Below, piece after piece: positions 1 through 9,809 of a stretch of 64,000 nucleotides of DNA. The notes beneath the pieces were generated by a model. The model saw only the letters and a program-made list of their open reading frames with translations, had not been told where the DNA came from and ran no database searches. The position numbers and the translations under genes are program-made. Position 1 is the first letter of the stretch, and each line of letters begins with the position of its first letter. The stretch is taken from positions 20,598 through 84,597 of the forward strand of contig CANTAQ010000001.1 of assembly GCA_947651825.1 (NCBI GenBank), given 5' to 3'. Source of the stretch: an uncultured Clostridium sp. Lineage in GTDB: Bacteria; Bacillota; Clostridia; TANB77; CAG-508.

Positions 1-222
1 AAACAAATCTTTAGTACTACGAGATAACCTTGTTAAATCAGCAACTATAACTATGTCGCCCTCTCTTAACATATCAAGCATTTTATTCAATTCTTGTCTT
101 TCCCTTTTAGTACCAGTAATTTTCTCTTCAAATATTCTTTCTACACCATATTCATTAAGCAAATCAGTTTGCCTATCTAGTTTTTGATTTTGGGTTGATA
201 CCCTTTTATAACCGATTAACAT
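1..222 (-). CDS. Serine recombinase/resolvase (Tn3/Hin family), N-terminal catalytic domain only; the 3' end lies outside the window
   Basis: The reverse complement translates MLIGYKRVSTQNQKLDRQTDLLNEYGVERIFEEKITGTKRERQELNKMLDMLREGDIVIVADLTRLSRSTKDL, a typical resolvase catalytic domain with the active-site Ser in YKRVST. ATG is at complement 222, preceded by GGTAGGAAATT as RBS. Confidence 0.7.
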   Translation of the reverse strand, partial: MLIGYKRVSTQNQKLDRQTDLLNEYGVERIFEEKITGTKRERQELNKMLDMLREGDIVIVADLTRLSRSTKDLF

Positions 223-1088
223 AATTTCCTACCCCCTTGGACTGAAGTGTACCAAAAAGGAGTACCAGTTGTCAAGCATTTTGGTAATAATTTTTGAAAC
301 TTTTTTAAAATAATTATAATTAAGGTTGAATATGTTTAAACATCAATAGTTTCAGCACTTACAAGGTTAAATGTTGAATATTATAATTATTTAAGTATTA
401 TAATTGACCGTTTATGGGAAATAATTATAATATATAATAGTAGGAAAAATATTTTAAAATTTTTTTAAAAAAGGTATTGCATTTTATAAAAAAGGTGATA
501 TAATAAATTATATATCAAGATTAAAAATTAAAATATGTACAGTATATGCCATTGGTTGCATAGAGTACAGAATAAGAATACAATTTAGTAACAAATATAA
601 ATTTGTAAGGTAACCATTGGGTTTTCAGTTTAAAAGATTGAAGACCTTTTTGTGTTGCCTTTTTATTTTGCATAATACTATTGCATATTTGAAATCAAGT
701 TATAAGTAAGCCTAAAAAACTTATGACAATGCCTTTAAATTAAGGAATTGCAGTACATTGACAATTATATACAAAACCATTAAGCATATTTACTATTAGT
801 TGATATGGCAATCAGCAGAATTAGAATAATAGTAAATACATTTACCTAGCCATAGTTTGAGTGGAAATTTATTTTTAGTAATATTATTATTTTTAATAAG
901 TAAGACATCGCACACATTGGGGGCAACTGGGCAGATAGCCGAGAGGTGGAATTCCTATGATATTGTGCCAGCAATAGTTTAGTGGTTATTTTACTACTTG
1001 AGAATACTCCGATGTTATCAATAATTTAAGGACAATGTATATGTCTTGTGGTTATTGAATAGATTTATAACAAAGAGGTGTATTCAAA

Positions 1089-1199
1089 ATGGACACAATA
1101 GAATGTAAAAATATATTTCTTTCCAATAGTGAAGCAGAAAGAGAACAAGCATTTAATGAGATATGGCAAAGAATAGTAAACTTAATAGTAAATAAATAA
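1089..1199 (+). CDS. Hypothetical small protein (36 aa) immediately upstream of the large serine recombinase
   Basis: ATG with AAGAGG 11 nt upstream; it translates MDTIECKNIFLSNSEAEREQAFNEIWQRIVNLIVNK. Below the ORF-track size cutoff, so the call is speculative. Confidence 0.25.
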   Translation: MDTIECKNIFLSNSEAEREQAFNEIWQRIVNLIVNK

Positions 1200-1298
1200 A
1201 TTTAAGGAAAGCAATTTACAAGAACCAATGTTTTGTTATATACTAGGACAAAATATTGGTTTATTTTATTGTTTTCTTTAAAGGAGGAAATATATAAA

Positions 1299-2865
1299 AT
1301 GAACGAAACAAAGCCAAAGGTGGCAATATATTGTAGACTATCGCAAGAAGATAGAAATAAGAAAAACAAGGAGGACGATAGCGAGAGTATCAAAAATCAA
1401 AAAATAATGTTACAAGAATATGCAAAAGACCAGGATTGGGAAATACAAGGTATTTATAGTGATGATGACTATACTGGAACAGATAGAAACAGACCAGCAT
1501 TTAATGAAGTTTTAAAACTTGCAGAATGCAGAGAAATAGATATCATTTTATGTAAGAGCCAAAGTAGGTTTGCAAGGGAACTTGAAATGGTAGAAAAATA
1601 TATAAATGGTTTATTTCTTGAATGGGGTGTAAGATTTGTAAGCATTACAGACAACATAGATACAGCAGTTGAGGGAACTACACTAATGAGGCAAATGAAC
1701 GGAATAATGGACGAAAGTTATGTTGAAAAACTATCAGCAACTATAAAATCAGCACTAAAAACTAAAAGAGTAAATGGAGAACATACTGGTGGTTTAGTAT
1801 TATATGGTTATAAGAAAGACCCAGACCAAAAAGGACATTTAATTATTGACCCAGTTGCAGCAGAAGTTGTAAGAGAAGTATTTTCTTTATACAATCAAGG
1901 TATGGGAAAAACAGCAATAGCAAGAGAATTAAATAACAGAGGAATACCTAACCCTACCCAATATAAAGTTGAACAAGGTGTTGCATATAAGAAACCACCT
2001 AGTGAATTAGGTACACTATGGAAATATTTTTCAATAGATAATATGTTACATAATGAAATGTATATTCGGTAATATGGTGCAAGGTAAGTATGGTAGTGTA
2101 TCATACAAGAGCAAAAAGAATAAACCTAAACCAAAAGCCAAATGGAATAGAGTTGAAGGAACACACGAAGCAATTATTGATAGAGATTTATGGAATAGTG
2201 TGCAAAGCAAAATCAATGCAAATTTCAAGCCTTTTGGTGGTGGTAAAATTGGAATATTTGCAAAGAAATGTAGATGTAAGCATTGTGGTTATACATTAAA
2301 AACAAGTAAATCACACGAAGATAGATATTTGCGATGCCCAACAAGGCAAGTAGATAAAAACAGTTGTGTAGGCAGTTTTGTGGCAGAAAACACAGTTAAA
2401 AAGGAAGTACTTAAAAAATTAAATGAATTGATAAAGCAATACTTAAATGTAGACCAGTTAGAAGAAAAAGTCATACTAAACCAATTTAGAAATGATAAAG
2501 AAAAGTTGCAGAAAGAAATTTCACAGTACCAAGCAAATATAGATAAAAAATCAAACACAATAAAAAATCTATATATTGATAAGGTAAATGGAATAATAAG
2601 TCAAGAACAGTTTATAGAATTTAATGAGGATTTCCAAAGAGAAAAACAAGGCATTGAAATACTATTAGCAAAGAAACAAGCAAAACTATTAGAACTTAAC
2701 AACGAGCAAGAAGTATTAAAATCTAAAAGACAGATATTAGAACAATATGTCAATGTAACAGAACTTACAAGAGAAATGATTGAGGGTTTAATAGATTATA
2801 TAGAGGTTGGAGCAAAAGACCCAATAACAAAGAAAAAAGAAATTAAAATACATTGGAAATTTTAA
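1299..2865 (+). pseudogene. Large serine recombinase (resolvase domain + recombinase domain + zinc ribbon + coiled coil), split by a 1-nt insertion near 2067
   Basis: ORF 1233-2072 (VAIYCRLSQED...SRFARE, an N-terminal resolvase fold) continues in the +1 frame as ORF 2053-2865 (recombinase domain, CxxC...C zinc ribbon, coiled-coil tail). Removing c2067 restores ...NEMYIGNMVQGKY. Strong RBS AAGGAGG before ATG 1299. Confidence 0.75.
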
Positions 2866-2869
2866 TTGT

Positions 2870-3094
2870 GGTACTTTCAAAGGTGTAGCAGAACAAAAAG
2901 CACGAGCAACTTATGAAAAATTAATAGATTTATGTAGAGATGATCCAGATGTTATAGATCCGTTACGATTTTTAAGACAAAGAGAAATAGTACATTTCCA
3001 AAGATTTGGGGAAGCACTAAATGGAGTTCATGAAAAATTAGCTCAAAAGAAATTTTATATGAATGATATGAATTGTATGAATAATAAATTTTAG
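2870..3094 (+). pseudogene. 3' fragment (about 75 codons) of a Mn-catalase / CotJC-family gene; no start codon; it abuts the recombinase stop
   Basis: Open frame GTFKGVAEQKARATYEKLIDLCRDDPDVIDPLRFLRQREIVHFQRFGEALNGVHEKLAQKKFYMNDMNCMNNKF*. It resembles the conserved C-terminal LxFLxxREIxHxQxF segment of Mn-containing catalases. There is no ATG/RBS, and the frame runs straight out of the recombinase 3' end. Confidence 0.4.
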
Positions 3095-3281
3095 ATTATT
3101 TAAAAAAGTAAATAGTGAAAATACTATTTACTTTTTTTATAAAATGTGAACTAAATTTATAAATTTACATATAAATAATTAGGAATAGAAAAGGAAAAAA
3201 TTCATAAAAAAAGTATTGAAAAATAAAATAAAATATTATAATATTATTCCATATAAAATAAAAAAGAAAGGGTGTAAACTT

Positions 3282-6200
3282 ATGAAAAAAACACTAAAGC
3301 TTATTGTAGCACTATTGTTATTAGTTAGCATTCTTGTGCAACCAGTATCAGTATTGGCAATAGGACTTAGCAATGAAGAATTTACTAATAGTGAAAGTTC
3401 AAACAATATGCTTAATGAAGAAAATCAAGAAGACGAAACGAAAGAAAATCTAGAAGAAAAAACAGAAGTAAATGAAAACATTGACAAAACAGAAAATGAA
3501 GACCAAACACTTACAGAAGAACAAACAGAAGAAAGCAGAGGTGAAAATACAGATAATAATATACTTGAAAATCCAGAAGAACAACTAGAAACACAACCAG
3601 AGACAGGTTTAACCTCTGTGCAAGAAGAAAATAATAATGACACCACAGAAATATATCAAAGTGAAAATCCTTTAGCAGAGCAAGAAAAGACAGAAACTGA
3701 ACTACAAAAGACAGAAGATGATTTATGTGATTTTGTAATAGAAATTATTTTAAGATTGCCAACACAAGACAATTTTGAAGTGAAATTAAATAAAGAAAAT
3801 AAAGAATTTACAGCTCAAAAAAATGTTCAAGAAGATAAAATATATTATAATTTTGAAAATATTGAAAAAGGAAATTATGTAGTAACAATTACAGGAAAAA
3901 ATTATATTACATACACACAAAATATAGAAATAATATCAGGTTTAACAAAAATATCATTAAGTAATGGTCATGATATAAATGACCTACTAGGTAATAATCA
4001 AACTCAATATGGTGTAATTGCTTTAGGAGATGTTACAGGGAATGGCATTATAGATGAAGATGATGAAAATAAGCTGATAGAGGTAATAGAATCAAAAGTA
4101 TATAATGCTAAATTTGATTTAAATAATGATGGAAGAATAGACATTTTAGATTTATCATATGCAACTTTTAATAAAGGGAAGAATATTCAATCGACACCAT
4201 TAAAAATGCTTAAACTAAATGAGCAAAATATAGAGACAGTTACAGGTACAGAAATTACTTCAACAGGAAAAGATGTATCTTCAATATTTAAAGATGATGG
4301 AGAACATGTTGAATTAAAACCAAAAAATGGGCAAAATATTTCACAAACAAATCCTGTAGAAATAACTTTAAATGTAGAAGGAAGTAAGGACAAAACAGAA
4401 GCAATTGTAATAGAAGCACCAAAAGATAAAACAAACATAATTAAAAATGGTGAGATGGAAGTTACATATTTTAATGACTTGGGAGTTGAAGAGACAACCA
4501 CAGTAAATATATCTTCAACATTAGATATTGCTGAAGCAAAATTAGAGGCAATTCCACTAAAAGTTGCTAGTTTGAATGGAACTTCTGCACCAAGAAGAGC
4601 AATAGAAACAAAAATACAGAAAGATGGAACAATTATAATAGACTTGGGTGGACAAATAGCAATAAAGAAAATAACAATAAGAATTACAGAAACGGGAAGC
4701 AATAAATTAGCAGACATAGCAAAAGTAGAATTTTTAAACAACATGGAAAGTAAAATTCCAGAGCCAGAAATGGATATACCTGAGAATGTTATAGCAATAC
4801 CAGGAAGTGAACAATTTACAGTAAATTGGAAAAAGTCAATAAATGTAACAGGATATGAAGTAGCCATTACTTCAGATGGAACAACAGAAGTGGTATATAG
4901 TGCAGCAAATAGTATAACTATAAATAAATTCAAAGGAAAAGACATAAAAAATGGAACAACATTCAAGGTTAAAGTTCAATCTGTAAATGGAGATTGGAAG
5001 AGTGGATATTCTGCAGAAGTAGCAGTAATACCAGAAGCAAATAAAGCACCTGATGCTCCAGAGAATGTAAGAATTGATCCAGGATATAAATTCTTAAAAA
5101 TCTCATGGAAAGACATGGATGATACAGACACATATACTTTATATTATAAACAAGATAGTGAAACAGAATATAAATCTGTTGCAGGAATTAATACTAACAG
5201 TTATATGTTAACAGAATTAGCAGATGGGGTAAAATATCAAATTTATTTGATAGGAACAAATAAAATAGGGGCAAGTAAACCATCAAAAATTTATGAATCA
5301 ACAACAGTTGCTGCAGAGCCACCAATTACCTCAAACTACAAATTACTAAACACACCAAATGGTGTAAATGAAATAACAAATCATATAAAAGACGTTACTT
5401 ATCCAGGAGGAAATGCACCAGAAGATAAATTCGATATTGTAGATAATGATTATACATCATCATGGAAAGCAAATAAGACTTGGGATGTTGGAGGATTTAA
5501 TGATTACAAATCTGCACCAATTGTTGAGTTTGATGATTTTTATGAGATGGATAGAATTATATTAGTTCCAGACCAAGCACAACAATATGACTATTTTTAT
5601 CACACAATTTATTATTGGAATGAAAATGGGCAAAGAGTAAAACTATGGAATCAAATGAAAATGCAGGCAAAAACAAGTAGCAATGGAAAGAAATATTATG
5701 AATATGAATTTTCAGCTCCAATAAAAACAAATAAGATTCAAATAAATCTAGCGTTATATTCAGCAAATAATAGTGCAAGCATATCAATATCAGAGATGAA
5801 ATTTTATCATTATGACACAATACAATCGGAAATAAATAATTTATTTACAGACCAAATGCATTTAGTTTTAAGAGAAGATGTAACACCAGAGACAATTAAG
5901 AACTTAGAAGATAGATTAAATACACCAGATTCATATAGTGGAGAACTACATTATAAAAAAGATTTATTACAAAGAGAATTAGACACAGCAAAATTAATAT
6001 TAAATGATGAAAAGATAAAATCAGTAATTCAAATAGATACATCAGTTTCAAAAAAATATGATGGACACTTAAGTATGGTGGGAGGATTAAATGCATCACA
6101 ACCACTAGGAGTTGTTGGATATGCAAATGAGACAATAGCAATTTATGTAGGAAGCCCAAACAAAACAACAGGAACTGCTACAAGCTTAAGATTAGTAGCA

Positions 6201-8690
6201 ACACAATATCATGCAGAATCAGGAAGTTGGCAAAGAAATGTTAAAGATTTAAAAATAGGTAAAAATGAGGTAACTATACCAAACATTCAAGACTTAGCAA
6301 CAGAACATGGTGGATCATTATATATAGAATATATAGGAAATAATAAAAATGAAGTATATGCAGTTCGTGTAAGCGGTGGTCATGAAACACCTATGTTAAA
6401 CATTTCAAATGTAACAGATGAAAATGAAAGAAAAGCATTAGTAAAAGCATATGTGGAAGAATTAGAAAACTATGTACCAACAATAGAAAGTTTGCATAAT
6501 GAAAAACATAAAGGCTCAGAAACATTAGTTGATTATGATTTTGACCAAACAAATTGTATTTTAGGAGCAACAGAGATAGTAATTGATAAGATGATGTATT
6601 CTGTTTCAGCACAACAAATATTATCAGCATTGAAAGGAGCAACAGATGAAAAAGCAGAACAATTATATAATTCTTTAGTAGCAATGGAAAAAATGATAGA
6701 TTTATTCTATCAACATAAAGGATTAAATGATGCAGGAGGAACTTATAACAAATTACCAACAAGTAGACTAAATATAAGATATCAAAGAATGTTTGCAGGA
6801 GCATTTATGTATGCTGGAGGATCACATATAGGAATAGAATGGGGTTCTGTACCAGGACTTGCAACATCTGTACCAGTGACAACAGACGAAAATGGAAAAT
6901 ATATTAGTGGAAGATATTTCGGTTGGGGAATTGCCCATGAGATAGGACACATTATAAATGAAGGAAGTTATGCAGTTGCAGAAGTAACAAATAATTATTT
7001 TTCAATACTTGCTCAAGCAAAAGATACAAATGATAGTGTACGTTTTAAATATGACAATGTATATAGTAAAGTAACCTCAGGAACAAAAGGAACAGCATCA
7101 AATGTGTTTACACAGCTTGCAATGTATTGGCAATTACATTTAGCATATGATAAAGGTGGATATAACTTTAAGACATTTGATAATTACGAGGAACAATTTA
7201 ATAATCTATTCTTTGCAAGAGTAGACGCATATTCAAGAAATGTTGCAAATGCACCAAAACCAGGAGGAATAGCATTAACAATAAAAGGAGCAGACAAAGA
7301 TAATGTATTAATGAGATTATCAGTAGCTGCTGCTGAAAAGAATATATTAGAATTCTTTGAGGACTGGGGAATGGTTCCAGATGAAGAAACAATTGCATAT
7401 GCAAATCAATTTGAAAAAGAAACAAGAAGAATTAAATTTGTAAATGATGAAGCAAGAGCATATGAATTAGCGGGAGGAAAAGGATTTATAGAAGGAACAG
7501 CAGTAATTGCAAATATAGAAACTGAACAAAGAGAATCAATTGTAAATAATACACAAATTACAATAAGTGTAGATTTACAAAATGGAGATACAAATGCACT
7601 TTTAGGGTATGAGATATATAGAAATGGAAAATCAGTAGGATTTATTACTGCTGATAAGACTGAATTTATAGACACAATAAATGTAAATAACAGAGTATAC
7701 ACGTATGAAGTTGTAGCAGTAGATAAGCTATTAAATACAACTGAAAAAGTTAAATTAAATCCAATAAAAGTAAGACATGATGGAAGCATTGCAAAAGACG
7801 GATTTTCAATTACAACAAATATGGTTTCAGAAGAAGATACCAAGGAAGAAGAAGATCAAAATTGTGCTGGTATGCCAAGTATTCAAGCAATAAGTAAGTT
7901 AATAGATAAAGACATTTCAAATGTATATACAGGTAAAACAACTGAAAATGCAGAAATAGTATTAGAATTTAATGAAATACTATCAATAATAGGTGTTAAA
8001 GTAACAAAATCAAGTGCAGAAGAAAATTTATCAGAATATGAAATACAAATAATGAATGAAAATCAAGAATGGCAAACAGTAAAAACAGGAATTTTTAGTT
8101 TTGATGGAAATATTTCAACAATACACTTTGATAAATTTGAAGAAAATAAAGATGCAAGAGTAGAAGTATATAATACAGCATATGTTAAATTGATACTAAA
8201 AAATAGTACTGGAGTAGAAATGAATGTATCACTCTCAGAATTAGATGTGCTTGGAAAACCAGGAGATAATGTAGAAATACTAAAAGAAAATGGCATAGGA
8301 ACATTAAAAGCGGATTATATATTAGATGAAGAAGCAGGAGTAAAAATACCAGCAGGTTCATTTATTGTAACAGGTGAGTATAGTGGTCACCCAGCATATA
8401 ATGCAATAAAACTATATGATGAAAATGGAAATATCATAGAAGGAGTGCAAGCAATATTTGCAACAGAACCAGTAAATGGAAATTTAGGAAATATTACAGA
8501 AGGAACATGGATTTACTATATTGAACCAGAAGATTTAGAAAAATTAGAAAAACTACCAAGTAAAGTAAGAGCAGAATTATATAGAGTTAATGATGCATTA
8601 ACATTAGAAGGAGAAAGATTAGTTAGTGATTCCTTAGAAAGAATCGTACCAGAAAATTTACCAGAAATTGAAATAAACAAAGGAAACTAG
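3282..8690 (+). CDS. Secreted multidomain M60-like (enhancin/ZmpB-type) zinc metallopeptidase with an acidic low-complexity linker, type-I dockerin, FN3 and F5/8-type C modules
   Basis: Signal peptide MKKTLKLIVALLLLVSILVQPVSVLA follows an RBS (AAAGGGTG). Dockerin Ca-loops DVTGNGIIDEDD and DLNNDGRIDILD are present. The zincin motif GWGIAHEIGHIINEG (HExxH) with a downstream Glu is typical of Peptidase_M60. The 5.4-kb ORF is uninterrupted. Confidence 0.75.
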   Translation: MKKTLKLIVALLLLVSILVQPVSVLAIGLSNEEFTNSESSNNMLNEENQEDETKENLEEKTEVNENIDKTENEDQTLTEEQTEESRGENTDNNILENPEEQLETQPETGLTSVQEENNNDTTEIYQSENPLAEQEKTETELQKTEDDLCDFVIEIILRLPTQDNFEVKLNKENKEFTAQKNVQEDKIYYNFENIEKGNYVVTITGKNYITYTQNIEIISGLTKISLSNGHDINDLLGNNQTQYGVIALGDVTGNGIIDEDDENKLIEVIESKVYNAKFDLNNDGRIDILDLSYATFNKGKNIQSTPLKMLKLNEQNIETVTGTEITSTGKDVSSIFKDDGEHVELKPKNGQNISQTNPVEITLNVEGSKDKTEAIVIEAPKDKTNIIKNGEMEVTYFNDLGVEETTTVNISSTLDIAEAKLEAIPLKVASLNGTSAPRRAIETKIQKDGTIIIDLGGQIAIKKITIRITETGSNKLADIAKVEFLNNMESKIPEPEMDIPENVIAIPGSEQFTVNWKKSINVTGYEVAITSDGTTEVVYSAANSITINKFKGKDIKNGTTFKVKVQSVNGDWKSGYSAEVAVIPEANKAPDAPENVRIDPGYKFLKISWKDMDDTDTYTLYYKQDSETEYKSVAGINTNSYMLTELADGVKYQIYLIGTNKIGASKPSKIYESTTVAAEPPITSNYKLLNTPNGVNEITNHIKDVTYPGGNAPEDKFDIVDNDYTSSWKANKTWDVGGFNDYKSAPIVEFDDFYEMDRIILVPDQAQQYDYFYHTIYYWNENGQRVKLWNQMKMQAKTSSNGKKYYEYEFSAPIKTNKIQINLALYSANNSASISISEMKFYHYDTIQSEINNLFTDQMHLVLREDVTPETIKNLEDRLNTPDSYSGELHYKKDLLQRELDTAKLILNDEKIKSVIQIDTSVSKKYDGHLSMVGGLNASQPLGVVGYANETIAIYVGSPNKTTGTATSLRLVATQYHAESGSWQRNVKDLKIGKNEVTIPNIQDLATEHGGSLYIEYIGNNKNEVYAVRVSGGHETPMLNISNVTDENERKALVKAYVEELENYVPTIESLHNEKHKGSETLVDYDFDQTNCILGATEIVIDKMMYSVSAQQILSALKGATDEKAEQLYNSLVAMEKMIDLFYQHKGLNDAGGTYNKLPTSRLNIRYQRMFAGAFMYAGGSHIGIEWGSVPGLATSVPVTTDENGKYISGRYFGWGIAHEIGHIINEGSYAVAEVTNNYFSILAQAKDTNDSVRFKYDNVYSKVTSGTKGTASNVFTQLAMYWQLHLAYDKGGYNFKTFDNYEEQFNNLFFARVDAYSRNVANAPKPGGIALTIKGADKDNVLMRLSVAAAEKNILEFFEDWGMVPDEETIAYANQFEKETRRIKFVNDEARAYELAGGKGFIEGTAVIANIETEQRESIVNNTQITISVDLQNGDTNALLGYEIYRNGKSVGFITADKTEFIDTINVNNRVYTYEVVAVDKLLNTTEKVKLNPIKVRHDGSIAKDGFSITTNMVSEEDTKEEEDQNCAGMPSIQAISKLIDKDISNVYTGKTTENAEIVLEFNEILSIIGVKVTKSSAEENLSEYEIQIMNENQEWQTVKTGIFSFDGNISTIHFDKFEENKDARVEVYNTAYVKLILKNSTGVEMNVSLSELDVLGKPGDNVEILKENGIGTLKADYILDEEAGVKIPAGSFIVTGEYSGHPAYNAIKLYDENGNIIEGVQAIFATEPVNGNLGNITEGTWIYYIEPEDLEKLEKLPSKVRAELYRVNDALTLEGERLVSDSLERIVPENLPEIEINKGN

Positions 8691-8782
8691 ATAAAATATA
8701 TAGGCAGGTTTTAGCAAAATCTGCCTCCCCAAATAAAAAAGTGAGGAGGAAATAGAACAATCTATAATTGTTTTAAAAATAT

Positions 8783-9745
8783 ATGAAAAATAAAATATTA
8801 ATAACATTATTTGGAGTGCTAGTGCTAATTTTAATTTTCACACTACCTACATATGCAGCAGAAGCAAATGTAATATTTGAAAGAGATTCTGCTTCAAACA
8901 ATAAGGTAAAAGTTATTTTAGAAGTGTCAGATGAACAAAGTGTTACAAAAGCAAATGTTGTTTTAGATATTAAACCTTCAAATAGAGAAAACTTAAAAAA
9001 CGCTGAATTTACTTTTAGTAATGAAATTTCCAGAAATTCAGAAACTGCAAAGTGGACATATAATAATGATAAAGTAAATTTATATGTGGTAAGCAAGAAT
9101 GAACTAGGAAATAAAAGTTCAAATGGAAAGAAAATTATAGAATTAGGGACTTTAATAGTAAATACTAATAACACTGCACAAACATCAATTGATATATCAA
9201 CCTCAAACGATGGAGTGGTAATAGCATCAGTTGATCACAAATCTGCAAATATTACAAATGATATTTCAGCATCTACACAATTAAAAATTGGAACAACTAC
9301 TTCAGGTGATAATGTGCAAGGTGGAGATAATAACCAAGGAAATAATAAACCAGGAAACAATAATCAAGGAAATAATCAAAACAATGTAAATAATGGTGTA
9401 AATCAATCAAATGGAAACAATAGTTCAAATTCAGGGAATAAAAGACCAGATAATAGTAACAATAGCAATAATACAAACTCAGTAAATAACAATGAAATAG
9501 AAAATGAAACTAATAATAATGTATTGGATAATACAACGAATAATACTAATGCTACAAACAATGAAATTACAAATAATACAAAGAATACAGTACAATCTTC
9601 AAAAGAATTGCCAGAAACTGGTGAAGAAGAAAAAAGTTATATTTGGATTGCAATAGTTATACTTTTAATATTATTTGTAACTGCAGGGATTGTTGCATCT
9701 AGATTAACTAAAAACAAAAAGCATAGAGGGAATTATAGATTATAA
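8783..9745 (+). CDS. LPXTG cell-wall-anchored surface protein with an N-terminal globular domain and an N/Q/G-rich stalk
   Basis: N-terminal signal peptide (LPTYAAEA). The C-terminus has LPETG, then a hydrophobic stretch IWIAIVILLILFVTAGIVA, then the basic tail RLTKNKKHRGNYRL, which is the sortase sorting signal. Confidence 0.7.
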   Translation: MKNKILITLFGVLVLILIFTLPTYAAEANVIFERDSASNNKVKVILEVSDEQSVTKANVVLDIKPSNRENLKNAEFTFSNEISRNSETAKWTYNNDKVNLYVVSKNELGNKSSNGKKIIELGTLIVNTNNTAQTSIDISTSNDGVVIASVDHKSANITNDISASTQLKIGTTTSGDNVQGGDNNQGNNKPGNNNQGNNQNNVNNGVNQSNGNNSSNSGNKRPDNSNNSNNTNSVNNNEIENETNNNVLDNTTNNTNATNNEITNNTKNTVQSSKELPETGEEEKSYIWIAIVILLILFVTAGIVASRLTKNKKHRGNYRL

Positions 9746-9751
9746 TATAAA

Positions 9752-9782
9752 CCAGAGCGGGTGGCAATGCCACCCGCTCTGG
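9752..9782. terminator. Bidirectional rho-independent terminator between convergent genes
   Basis: Perfect 13-bp stem CCAGAGCGGGTGG / CCACCCGCTCTGG with loop CAATG, flanked by A/T-rich sequence on both sides. Confidence 0.7.
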
Positions 9783-9809
9783 TAATGTAAATACTATAAG
9801 AAAGGTTTC

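Noticed and set aside
930-990. GC-rich patch GGGGGCAACTGGGCAGATAGCCGAGAGGTGGAATTCC, considered as a tRNA fragment / att site
   Set aside because: No cloverleaf can be drawn: there is no T-arm GTTCRANYC and no acceptor pairing. It may still be an att core, but the sequence alone gives no support.
4187-4966. 259-aa minus-strand ORF from the six-frame track, inside the M60 peptidase gene; likewise 7406-7843, 6391-6804 and 3425-3646 (all minus)
   Set aside because: They are antisense to a long, clearly coding, motif-bearing + gene. Their low-complexity S/F/L-rich translations are typical of AT-rich antisense frames, and none has an RBS.
8702-8726. Hairpin AGGCAG-N13-CTGCCT after the M60 gene, considered as a terminator
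   Set aside because: It is followed by CCCCAAATAAAAAAG rather than a U-tract on the + strand, so intrinsic termination is doubtful.
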